Shown here piece after piece: positions 26,164 through 39,553 of a stretch of 64,000 nt of DNA (within the stretch, counting starts at the first letter, position 1; each line of letters starts with the position of its first letter). Below the pieces are notes generated by a model. It was not told the DNA's origin. It did no database searches and was given only the letters and a program-made list of their open reading frames with translations. The translations under genes and the position numbers were made by a program. Source of the stretch: Botryllus schlosseri (Eukaryota); assembly GCA_051294905.1 (NCBI GenBank), contig CM119372.1, positions 21,144,001 through 21,208,000 of the forward strand. Direction: 5' to 3'.

Positions 26164-26439
26164 TCAAATATGCGAACCATACACAACCATATACCCTGAT
26201 TTTCGCTGAATATCCACAACACCAACAAATCTGTACATTTCTTTTCCCTTGACCTCGACGATAGAGTTGTCATCCCAATGTACCAATCGAGTGTATGGTT
26301 CATCAGGTGTAAAATCCAAATCAAATGTCACCAAGGTATCGTTTTTCATTTTCAATATTTCCACCGCTGCATCTTGTCTGTGTCGTAAAACCACGGTGTG
26401 GGGCCAGAGGAATCTATGGACAGTTACGCGTAGTCCCAT
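26164..26439 (-). CDS. Hypothetical 91-aa protein in the spacer of element B
   Basis: ATG-to-stop ORF; 44 of 69 residues identical, without gaps, to 39335-39550 (-) in element A, with many synonymous changes. Confidence 0.65.
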   Translation of the reverse strand: MGLRVTVHRFLWPHTVVLRHRQDAAVEILKMKNDTLVTFDLDFTPDEPYTRLVHWDDNSIVEVKGKEMYRFVGVVDIQRKSGYMVVYGSHI

Positions 26440-29400
26440 ATTTACTCGTGGATATGGTCAGGTAACGACAACGTTTTCTCAATGGGCTGTGTGGGTACAA
26501 CGTTTCAATACGTAGCTGGATCAACTAGACCAAAAGTTTCCAACCGCGATTTATGTTGACCTGTCGAGTTACGAGATAGCACCCTCTTGCGGTGTGATTA
26601 ACACGAAATCCACCTTCAGCTCGCAGAGACACACCCTGGATTACATTATCTAATCGTAATCGAACTCGAGATTCACACACACACACACAGAGTCCCTGTT
26701 TACGATTTCAATCCGGAGTCACTGCTCACGATGTTTAGCTGGAGTCGTTATGTGGGAGTAGCGACATCCGACATATTCATCGCGTGAAAGATTGATAACG
26801 GTGGTAATCACCAAATACATAAAACCAGGTGAAACACTGCGGTCTCAGCGAAAAAGTTAGCAGGTTATGACCAACGATACGCAGGGGTTGAGCGAGTTAC
26901 GCAACCCGATTAAGTCGAGGTCTGGATCACGATGCAAGTCTACATGAGAATCCGAAAAATCTTGCAAAATCAAGGTGTGAACCCGTGAAAGGGTTGTACT
27001 CGTGTGAGATTCATTTTTCACAAGTTGGGTTGAGGCGGCTCATACTAAGATCGTGTTACGTCCAAATATGGCTGCTTGTCTGTCCCCAAGTCATCTATGC
27101 CCACATTGAATGTACAGAGTCGTCGCATGATGATACTTGAGAACATGAATTTGTTTTCCATGATGTTTGTACACCGACATATTGTATGTACACCTCGTTT
27201 ACGCGAATACTTGTGAACAATCGTGACGTTACTTGTATGTGATGGTGTATGCATTGGTATTTTTCATGGAGACAAAACACGGTCTGTAACATGTTTACTT
27301 GAATATTGGTCGTTGGTTCATGAGTGAATATCCGGATCAGGCCCACACACTTTCTCATATTAGTGATCCGGTTGCAGCTGACTGGAGCGACATGTATTGA
27401 CCAGTAAAGACACAATATAGTAAACAGACCTGAGGAAACTCACAAGTAACCCAGAGTTATTAGCGCGATGGGAAACATAAATTCATCCGTTTTCCGAACA
27501 CCATTATCCGTGTATCAACCAGTTACCAAAGTCAAGGAGGTGTTTTATTCAGACATTTTGACTCTGGAAAATCCAAAGCACGAACCCGGACATCACAGAC
27601 ATATCGGAAACCCCTTTATTCGCCAATTCCGAAAACATACATGTCGATGTACAACAGCACATTGTTATTGTATGTGAGTAACCAATGATTTTGATGGGAT
27701 GCATCAGAGCAAGTGAATATTTGATTAGACAAATGTATCGGAGTCGTTGTTGGTGTATATTTTGTCACTACCCGTTGTAACAATATACAAAAATATCAAA
27801 TTGTCCGGTGTGGTTGTCAGTTTTCAAAACGAAAATGATATTGTTACCCAGGGAAAAGATAGATTTCCAAGTGAAAACGGTATTGGTACTCGGGTAAATG
27901 ATAGTTTTCCAGACGAAAAGGGTTTGTTACCCAGGAGAAATGATTAGTTACTCTAGGAAAAGCTAGATGACCAAGAGAAAATGTATTGTTACACTGGGTA
28001 AACGCCAGATCTCCAAAGGAAAATGATATTTTTACTCAGGTAAACGACGACCCACCAAGTGAAAATGGCTTGTTGCTCAGGGAAAAAGGTTTGTTACTCG
28101 GGGAAAAAGGTTTGTTGCCCAGAGAAAAAATATATTTCCAAGTGAAAAAGGTTTGTTAACCAGAGAAAAAATATATTTCCAAGTGAAAAAAGGTTTGTTA
28201 ACCAGAGAAAAAATATATTTCCAAGTGAAAAAGGTTTGTTAACCAGAGAAAAAATATATTTCCAAGTGAAAAAGGTTTGTTAACCAGAGAAAAAATATAT
28301 TTCCAAGTGAAAAAGGTTTGTTAACCAGAGAAAAAATATATTTCCAAGTGAAAAAGGTTTGTTACCAAGAGAAAAAATATATTTCCAAGTGAAAAAGGTT
28401 TGTTATCCAGGGCAAAAATAGATTTCCAAGTGAAAAGGGGTTTGTTATCCAGGGCAAAAATAGATTTCCAAGTGAAAAGGGGATTGTTACACTGGGTAAA
28501 CGATAAATCTCCAAAGGACAATGGTATTTTTAGTCAGGTAACGGCTGACCTCCAGGTGAAAATGGAAATTTTACTTGGGTAGGTATCGTATGTTTAGTGT
28601 CGTTGGTATTGTTAAACGTTGTCGCCGGTAGTCGTTGGTATACTATTACGAGTGTGAAAAGGATTTGCACGCCCAGTGCAGAGTATCGCGGTGGTGAACA
28701 TATTTTTCGCGTCACGAAACGCGATCGCTGTTTAAATGTTAATGCATGCATTTCGATTTCCGAGTTGCTGTACAATAGAGATGACTCTACATTAGACCGT
28801 GCTGTATACTTCGATTAAAACCACAAGACCACATGTAAATCTATTCGCGCAACTCGATGATGTTGATATAGTGTTACTAAAATTAATTATTACCTATTTA
28901 CACAACATAAAAATAACAATTCATGTCGTAGCAGGTTTCTTGAACTCGTGCTTGATGAAACGAATGGTGACAAGTAGGCTTTGAGTGAAAAATAATTATT
29001 TAGAGTAGTGACATTTTGTGACCAACGAATGTAAATCGATCATGATATTACAATATACGCTTTCGTCAACATACCGACTTGGCGTAGAAACACTTTCACG
29101 TTTTTTGAATAACTGGATTCTCGAGACTTGCTACTTGTACGATGTATCGTTGGTGTGCAAACTATAACGGCCATTTTGTATGATAGTATGTTTTAGTTGT
29201 TATTGTTGTGATGACAACCATGTGATGACTCAGCACTTTTCGTTAGCAAAGTAGGTCGATTTGTGTGTAAGATGTAAGCACCGTGCTAGAAAACATATGT
29301 ACTCTGTTGTTGGAGTAGCTGATTTATTGTTATGACATGGACATATCCTGAAGCCTTGGTTTGTTGTCTTACGAAAGATGAGGCGACCTCGGTGTCGTAA

Positions 29401-32400
29401 ATTGTGTTAACTAAACTCGTATGGATACCACAATTGTGCTGGACTTACACCGCCAATCATCGTACAGGTTTGTAGCATGAGCGAATATTTTCCTGTAACA
29501 TGAATATCTTTCGTATACACTTAGTATGAAATGAGATGTGTGGAACAATAATTAGCGTCGTACAAAGTGCTGTGTTTGATTGCTTACTTTTTATCAATGC
29601 CTTTGTGATGTTAAAAGACGGCTGAGTTTGCATTTACATTAAGCGGAGAAACTCAAGTAATAAATTTTACTCGTTTGAAAATATCGATCAATGGAGTAAC
29701 AGTATCAATATGAGTGGTATATTATTTTTCGCGATATGCAACCAATCTTCTAAGCATAACTTGTCAAAAATTTATCATGTCGTAGAAACGCCGGTTGTTA
29801 CGAATTCGAAAGAAATGTACTTCGATTATCACGATGATGGAAATTACGATCAACGCAGTATTTCGAAGTCGTATGTTCAACAATCACTAAATGTTGGTTA
29901 GTTAAACGATACATTTACAAGTTTACCGAAATCTTGATTTACAAATAACAGCTTGATGATGTAAAGCTCAACCACTCAAATGTGATCATTGTTAAGTATT
30001 TGACACAAACAAAATATCGAATGGAGACCGTCACATTGGTTTCATTTCGACTGAGTGAAAATTGTTTTCTGGTGGCCAGGTAGGATACATTTGACAAACA
30101 TCGTACACATTGTTTCTTCGTGATGGTAACGACTTTCAGTGGCTTGGTTTCATGTCGGGAATTATTATTTGAGGGTTCAAGAACAATCAATACTACAAAT
30201 GAACAACAATGCAAAACACGTTTAGCAAATAACAGTGTAGCAAGTACTTTTTTGATATTGCGATTGTTGTGCACCAGACATTTCTAACTGAATTGAATGC
30301 ATCTAGCAAACATATTCCAATTTACTTTTGTAATGATCAAAGTATGTGAAATGGTGCGAACGGATTAAGCATTAATCAAGCGGCGATATGTCAATTCACC
30401 TAGTGTGATATCTTGACACAGGATAATGTGCGAAAGTGTTTCATTTCTCACTGCTGATTACGATGATAAAGTATTGTACCGGTTATTGTTCAACAAAGAA
30501 AATTGTTGTTTCATCTTTAGTCTTGGTTACTGGAGACAATTACATTTGTAAATTATTTCCTGATTTCCACAATACGCTGCGTGGTTTTTACGAACACGGC
30601 TTAATCTTCCCAATCAAAACATTTCAGATATGTTAATCTAGTTTTACAAATCGATATGTCAATAACAATGTTTCTGAAAAGTTTGTTGGTATCGTAATAA
30701 CCTTCAACACAAACCTGGTCTAATATTGTCATAATTTAATAATCAAGTCATGATCGACTATTACAAAATCTCATATGTCAAAATCAATGTGTCAATTCGT
30801 GAAAATTTTCAATATAACACCTGCGTTCGATTGTAAGAATTCTCAACTACGTTGGTCAGACATTCAAATCTCGTATACTCAAATGTAATGTGTTAATCTC
30901 AAACCGCGCGCCAAGTAGTAATTACTTCATCTTGCAGTTGAATAAAAAATATGGGATATGGATACAACTGAGTTGGTATGTTTGTGGGTTGTAGTGATTA
31001 CTCGCGTAGTCTTGTCTACTTTTCATACGGACACTTTTTGTTTTGGTTTGGTGAGTTACAAACGGATTGACTTACCAAGGTTTTTGTATTTTACTCGTTT
31101 GTGCATGGCGAGATGTTAAAATGTTGAGATGTCATAGTGATAATATTTCTGAAACTCTCTTTGACAAACGTAAAGACAGGTCGCGAATAGAGTTGTAATG
31201 TTTCATTACTTGTTTCAAATCAATGTGCGTATAATCTCGAAATGTGACTGGGTGAAAGTTGGTAGTCATGTTTGTCAAACATATTTCAATTCACACAATG
31301 TCAAAGTCCAAATATTTCATTCTGGATTATTTGGATTTACCTTTAGTACATCCCACGAATGGATTCCGACGCCGCGCTATAACATTTTTGATGATAAGGA
31401 CTCGAGGATTTTCATGATAGAGTTGACGAGTGATAAGATGCGTGTTTTTGTTAAGAGTTTGATTTCGTGTTGATAAAGACAATAACTGTATAATGCACAT
31501 ACTTGTGATTCTTGATTCTTGTAGAGTTATAGTTGTGAAAACAGCGGCGCTGGTGTGCGAATAATTCAATGTGGCTGAAAGTCGGTGTCAGTAATATTCG
31601 AGTTACGGTCGAATCAAAAGATCACGAAAAGATTTCTCGAAATAATTAGAATTGTACCGAATTAACACATTCAGATACGAATCAACTTGAGCTGTGTAGT
31701 AAGTTTCATTTCGAGTTGGCAAATTGATACATTGATTGAATATTCTCATAATTCTTATCGCGCAACTAAAGTCAGCCACTGTTCGAAGTGTCAAAACATA
31801 TAGCGACCACCAGAAAGTGTCAAATTGTTGGTTTATGAATCACCGTCTGCGCCGGCTCTGTGACAAACTTATTGCGGAAATATTACCTTGTGAGCGATCG
31901 GTATGTCTTTAACACCAAGTCACTAAAAATGGTTATGTTCGAGACATTATCTTGTTAGTGATCGCGGGATTTGCAATCTATTTTACACTTTTTGAAGTGT
32001 CAATTTACGAGCGCGGTTATTTGTTGCTCGCTTTTCGTGACGCTGCTGAATACTGAATACTGCCGAACGTAATAGCACCGACTGGATTAGTGGAATAATC
32101 GATACGATAGTGCGCGCTCCGAATTTCCAAAACGGACGTATTTAGTGGGTCACACAGGTCCAAAATACAACCGCCAACGTCTGGTTTTCAAAATCGCACA
32201 ATGCGCTGCGGATTAGTGAATTTCCTGTTTAGTGATGCCTATACCCGAAAGTACGACGTGCGAGAGATGTCTATACCGAAAGGGCGATTCACGGCGGCAC
32301 CCATAAGAACACATGGCGAGTCTGCGATGTGCGAGAGATGCCTATACCTGAAAGTGCGACATGCGAGCGCACCCATAAGAAACAACGGCGATCACCTATA

Positions 32401-35400
32401 GCAAAAAAGGCGAGTCACGACCGCGAGTTTTCCCGATATACACATTAACAAAGATTCATTCACGTGACTATTTACTTGATACATATTCAACACCGGTCGA
32501 GAGATGCATATACCCGAAAGTATGAATTACCACCGCGACACCGGTTGAGCGATTCATATACCGAAAAGGGTTACCGGTCGAGAGATGGCTATACTAGCAC
32601 CGGTTGAGCGATTCATATACCGAAAAGGGTTACCGGTCGCGAGATGCCTGAAAGTACGAATCATCGCCGCATCCATAAGAATAACGATATATCAATGTCG
32701 TACTCGCCGTAATTTGGAATATACACGTTACCTAAGGACCAATCACATGACTATTTACTTGATACATATTCAACACGAAGTACGACATGCTAACAACGAA
32801 GCCGCGTGCGAGCTATCCCTATACTGAAAAGGGTTACCGTTCGACCACAAGACACAATAGCCGCTCACGACCCCCGCCATAAGACATAAAAGCCGCTCAC
32901 CACCCCCGGTTTTCTAGCCGCTCACGACCCCCGCCATAAGAAATAAGAGCCGCTCACCACCCCCGCCATAAGACGCAATAGCCGCTCACCACCCCCGCCA
33001 TAAGAAATAAGAGCCGCTCACCACCCCCGGTTTTCCAGCCGCTCACCACCCCGCCCATAAGAGCCCCTGCCACCCCCAGAGCGATCGACTACACTACTGT
33101 CGCGAAACTGGATTTCACTGGTAAGATTTAATAAGTAACGAATAACAGAGCCATCGCAGACGGTGATTCGAAAACCAACAATTTGACACTTTCTGGTGGT
33201 CGCTATATGCTTTGACACTTCGGAACGTGGTTGACTTTAGTTGTATGATAAGAATATACAAGTAATGTGTCAATTTGTCAACTTGAAATGAAACTTACTA
33301 CACAAACCGAGTTGATTCGTATTTGAATGTGTTAATTCGGTACAATTCTAATTATTTTGAGAAATCTTTTTAACGTGATCTTGTGAATCGTACGTAACCT
33401 GAATATTACCGACACCGACTTTCAGCCGCATCGAATTATTCACACATTCCACGCCGCTGTTTCACACCTATAGAATCAATGCCAACTAGTTGTATGAAAA
33501 TCAAGAATCACAAGTATGCACATATAATAATTGTATTCATTATTGAGAAATCAAACCCTTAACAAAAACTCACATCTTATCACTTGTCAACTCTATCATG
33601 AAAATCCTCGAACCCGTATTATTAAGAATGTTATAAAACGGCGTCAGAAATCCACTCGCGAGATGTACTAAAGGTAAATCCAGATAATCCTAAATGAAAT
33701 ATTTGGACCTTGACAAACATGACTACCAACTTTGATCCAGTCACATTTCAAGATCATACTTTGAAACAATCCTTGAAACTTACAACTCTATTCACGACTT
33801 AGTTTTCCGTTTATCAAATAGAGTTTCAGCAAATACTATCGCGATATTTTAATGTGTTACTACACACAATAGAATCAATCAATGAAATAGCACCTGTTGT
33901 AAATATTTTTAACTTGACAACCACTTGTGCATACCGCGATCGACTTGTGACGCGATGAGTTAAATCGTAAATCGGAATATTTCAATCTATTTGTCGAAAC
34001 CTTGAACAAACTATCAGGTTATTTTTTTTTTTGTTGTAATCGAGTGAACGGAAATAGTATTACGTCTCAACATTTTAACATCTTCCCATACACAAAAGAG
34101 TAAAATACAAAAAAAGCCCTGTCAAGTCAATCCGTTTGTAACTTACCCAACCAAAGCAAAAAGTATCCTTATGAAAAGTAGACAAGACTACGCGAGTAAT
34201 CACCACAATCCAAAATCCATAGCAAGTTCGGTTGTAGTCATATACCACCAAATCGTCTTTTTATTTGTTCAACTGTAAAAGTCGTTACTATTCTGTAAGA
34301 TAAAGTAATTACTACTCGGTATATTTTATAAACCAAAGTAAATACTACTCGGTGTGTGGTTTGAGATTAACATATTACATTTGAGTATACCCGATTTGAA
34401 TGTCTGACCAACGTAGTTGAGAATTCATTTCTTACAATCAAACGCCGGTGTTACATTGAAAGGTATCATACTGTAAACATAAGGATTGACACATTGATTA
34501 TTAAATTATTCACGATAATTAGACCCGGTGTTGTGGTAAAGGTTATTAGAAAATATCACTTTTAGCATCGAGTACCAGTCGAAGTGGGTGAACAATACTT
34601 AATCCTTTCAGTGACTCGCTGTTGTACGTGCTAAATGTAAAACATTACGAGGTTAAACTCTAAGACTTTGATCAGCACAAGAGCAATTTGGACTATATTT
34701 TCTGGCTACAACCTATTCTATTAGACAAAACTCGAAGCATTAATAAAATCGAAATATGTGCTACACTGAAATCTACAAAATGTGTTCGTATTGTTACTAG
34801 TAGTGATCATGCATTATCATTTGAATCTTCTAAAGTAATTGTAATGATAAAACCAAACTACTCAAAGTCATTACCAACACAAAAAACGATTTCTATGATA
34901 TTCATCAAACGCATCATACCTCAGTATGCAGAAATTATTTGTAGAGTGCATACCAACAAAGAAATCAGGAACACAACCAACACCGAAAATGATAAATGCG
35001 TTTCGTGCTACTATTGATACAAGTTCATTTCTATCAGGTGAAATAAACGCCATCACAAAACTCGGAGCATGCAAAGGTCTTGATTGATATGAATTTCGAT
35101 TTGTGTCTTATGATACCAGCAAGCATTTTAGAAATATTATGATTCGTTAAACCAAAGTCGTATGTCCGATTATTAATTGATTGGAAACTTGATCACGTAC
35201 CTCGATCATTACAGAAGATTATAACACCATTGTCCGACAATCTTTTACAAAAGGATCGAAACCTAGTAACCCAAAGTCGTTGCCGTCGCATAAACAATTT
35301 GTACGACGTTTGATAAATGTACCCTATACTTTGGTGTACTAGAAATATTTGTAAAACACACTCTGGTAAAGAAATCGAAAAGATATCCTACACCTAAATC

Positions 35401-36728
35401 TGATAAAACCATTTTGCACTTTTTGGACGTCAGTAGTATCCATTTGAATTTTTCCATTTCCTCTCGTCAAAGTAGATGTAATCATAGTCGCTAAAGAACT
35501 TACTTGGATGTGTTTGAATTCTAGACATAGTTATGATTTACTCGACGCAAGACCCAAGAACAACCGTAGTTTACAACCGTGCACACATATCCAAAATATC
35601 GCACACTCCGCTATTCCTAAAGTACAAACACCCGATACAAAATATTACTTGTTGTGTTGTTGCGGCATCATCTTCACAATATCACCATTTTGTTTGTGTC
35701 AATTAGTTACTTTGTATGTTTCCCCACAACTCTTACAAATGTACGAAGGATATTAACATCACACTAAGTAATTAACTTTACTCGATATTCTCGCATTACG
35801 AAACTAAAGAATGATTGGTTAGACTCTACAAACTGTTTCGATATCACAAGACCTTTATTGTCTGAATGGGTGTTCATGTATCTTAATAATCAAATAGTTC
35901 AACACAGAACTAGTACTAACAGAAACATCAGAGTTGTTTACACAAAAGTTTGTATATGTGCACAGTATGCGAATACCATGTGTAAGTCCAGCACAATTGC
36001 GGTATCCATCCGAGTTTAGTTAACACAAATTTATTACAACGGAGTCACGTAAACTTTCGCGAAAGAAAAGCATACTCACTCCTAGAGGGTTATGTCAATG
36101 CCATAGCAGTTCCCCAACAACAAAGTACATATGTTTTCTAGTCACGGTCCTTACATCTTTCACATAGATCAATCTACTTTGCTAACGAAAAGTGCTGAGT
36201 CATCACATGATCGCTCTCACAACAAAACAGCTAGTAGATATTATCATTCAAAATATTCCTAACCCTTTACACACCAGTAACAAATCATACAACGAATATG
36301 TTTTGTGGGTCGAATTGTTGTTCAGTGTCAAGTCTACCTGTTGAAACGTACATTAAAACAACACAATCACAATCAAATTAAAACCACGAATCTATTTTCA
36401 TTTCCTCGCAAACTGTCACATACAGAAAAATAAATTTAAGTTCCCAAAACATACTTGTAACCAATCGCTTTCATTAAACACACAACACTATAATAGTATT
36501 TACTTTCTACAACATAGACATTCCGGTGTAGTCAAGAAATATTTTTAATAATCAAAATCATCGACTTCTGTTTACGGTGTTAGTGTGTGCATGTCATATA
36601 TGTGGGCCCGTATTAAAATGGACACGACACGACTGACTGTAAGGAGATAGAAGTCTATCGCATAAATTTACATGTGGTCTTCGCTACGGTTTCAAAAAAC
36701 GAATCATCTATTTTGCATTGATCTAGAC

Positions 36729-37749
36729 CAGGGGTGGGCAAACTTTTGAGCTCGCGGGCCGCATTCAACATCTGAATCCATTCGCGGGCCGCACTATATA
36801 AAATTGGGATTATAAACCAAAATGCAATATTGGTATTGGTGTTGGTATGTCACAACTATAGAGATGAAAGTCGGTTGTCCCGATTCTTAGAACAGGATTT
36901 AAATTTAAATCTGTTAGCAGCGATCTGTTCATAGATTTACTAATTCCACTTTTGATTCGGTTCCAGGACACACAATGCTGACAGCATCATACCCATGGTA
37001 GATTCAAACACGCTTCTACTGTTTGCAGATAAAATATAACTACCCCAATTCTACGCATAGAACGAATCCATAAGCACATCACTAAAATAGTTAAAACTGG
37101 AGAGACGAATCTGAAATCACACTCGTGATCAGAATTATGTCAATCTCGTTTAGGATTTCTGTTATTTTTAGCAGTTAAAACCTTTCAAACTCTGCGGGCC
37201 TTGAGACGGTCGCGCCAGAAATTAAACATAAAACTAATATAGGAAATAGATACCTTAGAACAGTGGATCTCAAACTTTTTAAGACACGCTCTCTTGTGAT
37301 GGTGAACGATTTCACGCCACTTATCGTCATATCGCAAAACGCAACCAGGATGCTATAGAAACCGTAACAGATAATTTGATGGCATTAAAGGGTATACGAC
37401 TGTGGATGAGAGATTTTTAGATACGAAATTCAGACTAAATACAAAGCTAAAATTAGGAATTAGGTGTGAATCGCGCGGAGCGCGAAATTTTTTTTCAGTT
37501 GAGCTGATCTTCGCCCCCCATTCAGATGCTTTCACGCCCTCAAGGGGGCACGCCCCCCAGTTTGAGAACCACTGCCTTAGAATTATGATGGTGAAATATA
37601 CCAAAAAGTTTAATTAGTCCCTGCATTAATTCGATATTTAGTACGCATTTCATCAATATTTTTAATAAGTTTATTTAGACTCTCGCGGGCCGCACAAAAC
37701 GGTGTTGCGGGCCGCATGCGGCCCGCGGGCCGTAGTTTGCCCACCCCTG
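36729..37749. mobile_element. hAT Charlie-like MITE in the spacer of element A
   Basis: TIRs CAGGGGTGGGCAAACT / AGTTTGCCCACCCCTG; TSD ATCTAGAC. Confidence 0.92.
37261..37574. mobile_element. 314-bp hAT MITE nested in the previous MITE
   Basis: TIRs CAGTGGATCTCAAACT / AGTTTGAGAACCACTG; TSD CCTTAGAA. Confidence 0.9.
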
Positions 37750-38069
37750 ATCTAGACCGAGCAAGTTAGTTAATGGCCATGATTGTGTTTGTCATATGCG
37801 AATGATAGGGTTACTGTCAAATCTACATACAACAATCTTCTGACGATCATAATAGCAATTTCATTTTCCACCCCTTCATAATTGTACAACTCGGTAACTA
37901 CGTTTAACAAGACCAATCACACTACCAGCGTTGAACACAAGATACCTACCCAAGTAAAAATATCATTCTAGTTTGGACAACTGACGTTTACCTGTGTAAA
38001 ATTAGCATTTTCACTTGGAGGTCCACTGTTACCTAACTAAAATACCATTGTCCTTTGGAGATTTATCGT

Positions 38070-38470
38070 TTACCCAGTGTAACAATCCCCTTTTCCTTTG
38101 GAAATCTATTTTTTCCCTGGGTAACAAACCTTTTTCACTTGCAAATATATTTTTTCTCTTGGTAACAAACCTTTTTCACTTGGAAATATATTTTTTCTCT
38201 GGGTAACAAACCTTTTTCTCTTGGAAATATATTTTTTCTCTGGGTAACAAACCTTTTTCACTTGGAAATATTTTTTTCCCTGAGCAACAAACCTTTTTCA
38301 CTTGGGAATATATTTTTTCCCTGAGCAACAAACCATTTTCACATGGTGGGTCGTCGTTATACTTAGTAAAAATATCATTTTCCTTTGGAGATCCGGCGTT
38401 TACCAGTGTAACAATACATTTTCTCTTGGTCATCTAGCTTTTCCTAGAGTAACAAAACCATTTTCATTTT
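38070..38470. repeat. Shorter copy of the 41-bp minisatellite in element A spacer
   Basis: Same unit and flanks as 24700-25370, with fewer units. Confidence 0.85.
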
Positions 38471-39334
38471 GAAATCTGACAAACACACCTGACAATTTGG
38501 TATTTGTTGTATTGACGATACTTTGAAATAGATTACAACGAACAGTGACGGAAATATACACGGACTACCGGTTTCAGAGTATACCCCCATCAGTCGTATC
38601 ACATCAATATCATCGGTTAACCACATACAATATGCTCTTGTCCACCGAAATGTATGTTTTGGAAAATTGGACAATATGCTTCGATAGTTCTGTGATGTCC
38701 GGGTTCGTGCTTTGGATTTTCCAGAGTCAAAATGTCTGAATAAAACACCTCCTCGACGATGGTTGGTATGTGGATAACGGGATTCAAAAAACGGTTGGAT
38801 TTATGTCACCCATCGCGATAACAATTCCAGGTCGAGTTTTCCCCCGCATGTTTACTATATTGTGTCTTTATTGGTCAATGTATGTCTCGACATTCAGTTT
38901 GAAATCGGAAACCCTGATAAAGTATGTAATCGGATCCGGATATCAACTCTGAATCGATAAACCAATGAACAATATTCAAAGTAAACATGTTACACCCCGT
39001 GTTTCCACGAAAAAATACCATCCAGGCATACGTCGCGCTTGTTTGCCCACAACAGTATACGCGTAAATGGAGGTGTGTAACATTGCATGCAATGTGTTGG
39101 TATACAAACATCGGGGAGTAAGCCTTCGATCGACAGACATTATCATAGCCGGAATTTTGATACAGATCGAATGTCATCAAGCACACCCGATAACAATGTC
39201 ATACCAATAAGCCACATTGCAATGACTCTGAGTCAATCTGAAGCATGACATACAGACGCACAAACATGGAACCGTAACATGGGTTATTCGCACGACGGCG
39301 AAAGTGAACTGTACAGCATATATCAATAGAGCGT

Positions 39335-39553
39335 TCACAGTCGAATATGCGAGCCATGCACAATCATATACCCAGATTTTCGTTGGATATGTACGAAACC
39401 AATAAATCGATACATTTCTGTTCCTTCTACGTCAATAATACAAGCGGCATTCCAATGCATCGCTCGAATGTAAGGTTCGTCTGGTGTAAAATCCATGTCA
39501 AATAACACCATAGTGTGCCTTCCGTGTTTTATTATTTCCACCGTCGCATCTCC
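39335..39553 (-). pseudogene. Homolog of ORF 26164-26439, 5'-truncated by the arm junction of element A
   Basis: DATVEIIK...FDMDFTPDEPY...EMYRFIGFVHIQRKSGYMIVHGSHI; homology stops at the arm boundary (39554). Confidence 0.65.

Larger units (their letters stand above)
20103..33098. mobile_element. Polinton/Maverick-ended non-autonomous fold-back element B (13-kb palindrome)
   Basis: Starts AGTAGTGTAGTCG and ends CGACTACACTACT; 6-bp TSD GTCGCG (20097-20102, 33099-33104). Arms 20103-26120 / 27081-33098: mirrored ORF coordinates always sum to 53201. The empty site is preserved in A's right arm (~41745). Confidence 0.9.

Noticed and set aside
26673..26688. (CA)n near the centre of element B as a functional hairpin or resolution site
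   Set aside because: An ordinary short microsatellite about 80 bp off the symmetry axis, with no counterpart in element A.
20103..33098. Palindrome as an assembly or chimeric-read artefact
   Set aside because: Both nested palindromes end exactly at AGTAGT/ACTACT, have non-palindromic 6-bp direct TSDs and unique spacers, and B's empty site is preserved in A's other arm. Read-level confirmation is still advisable.
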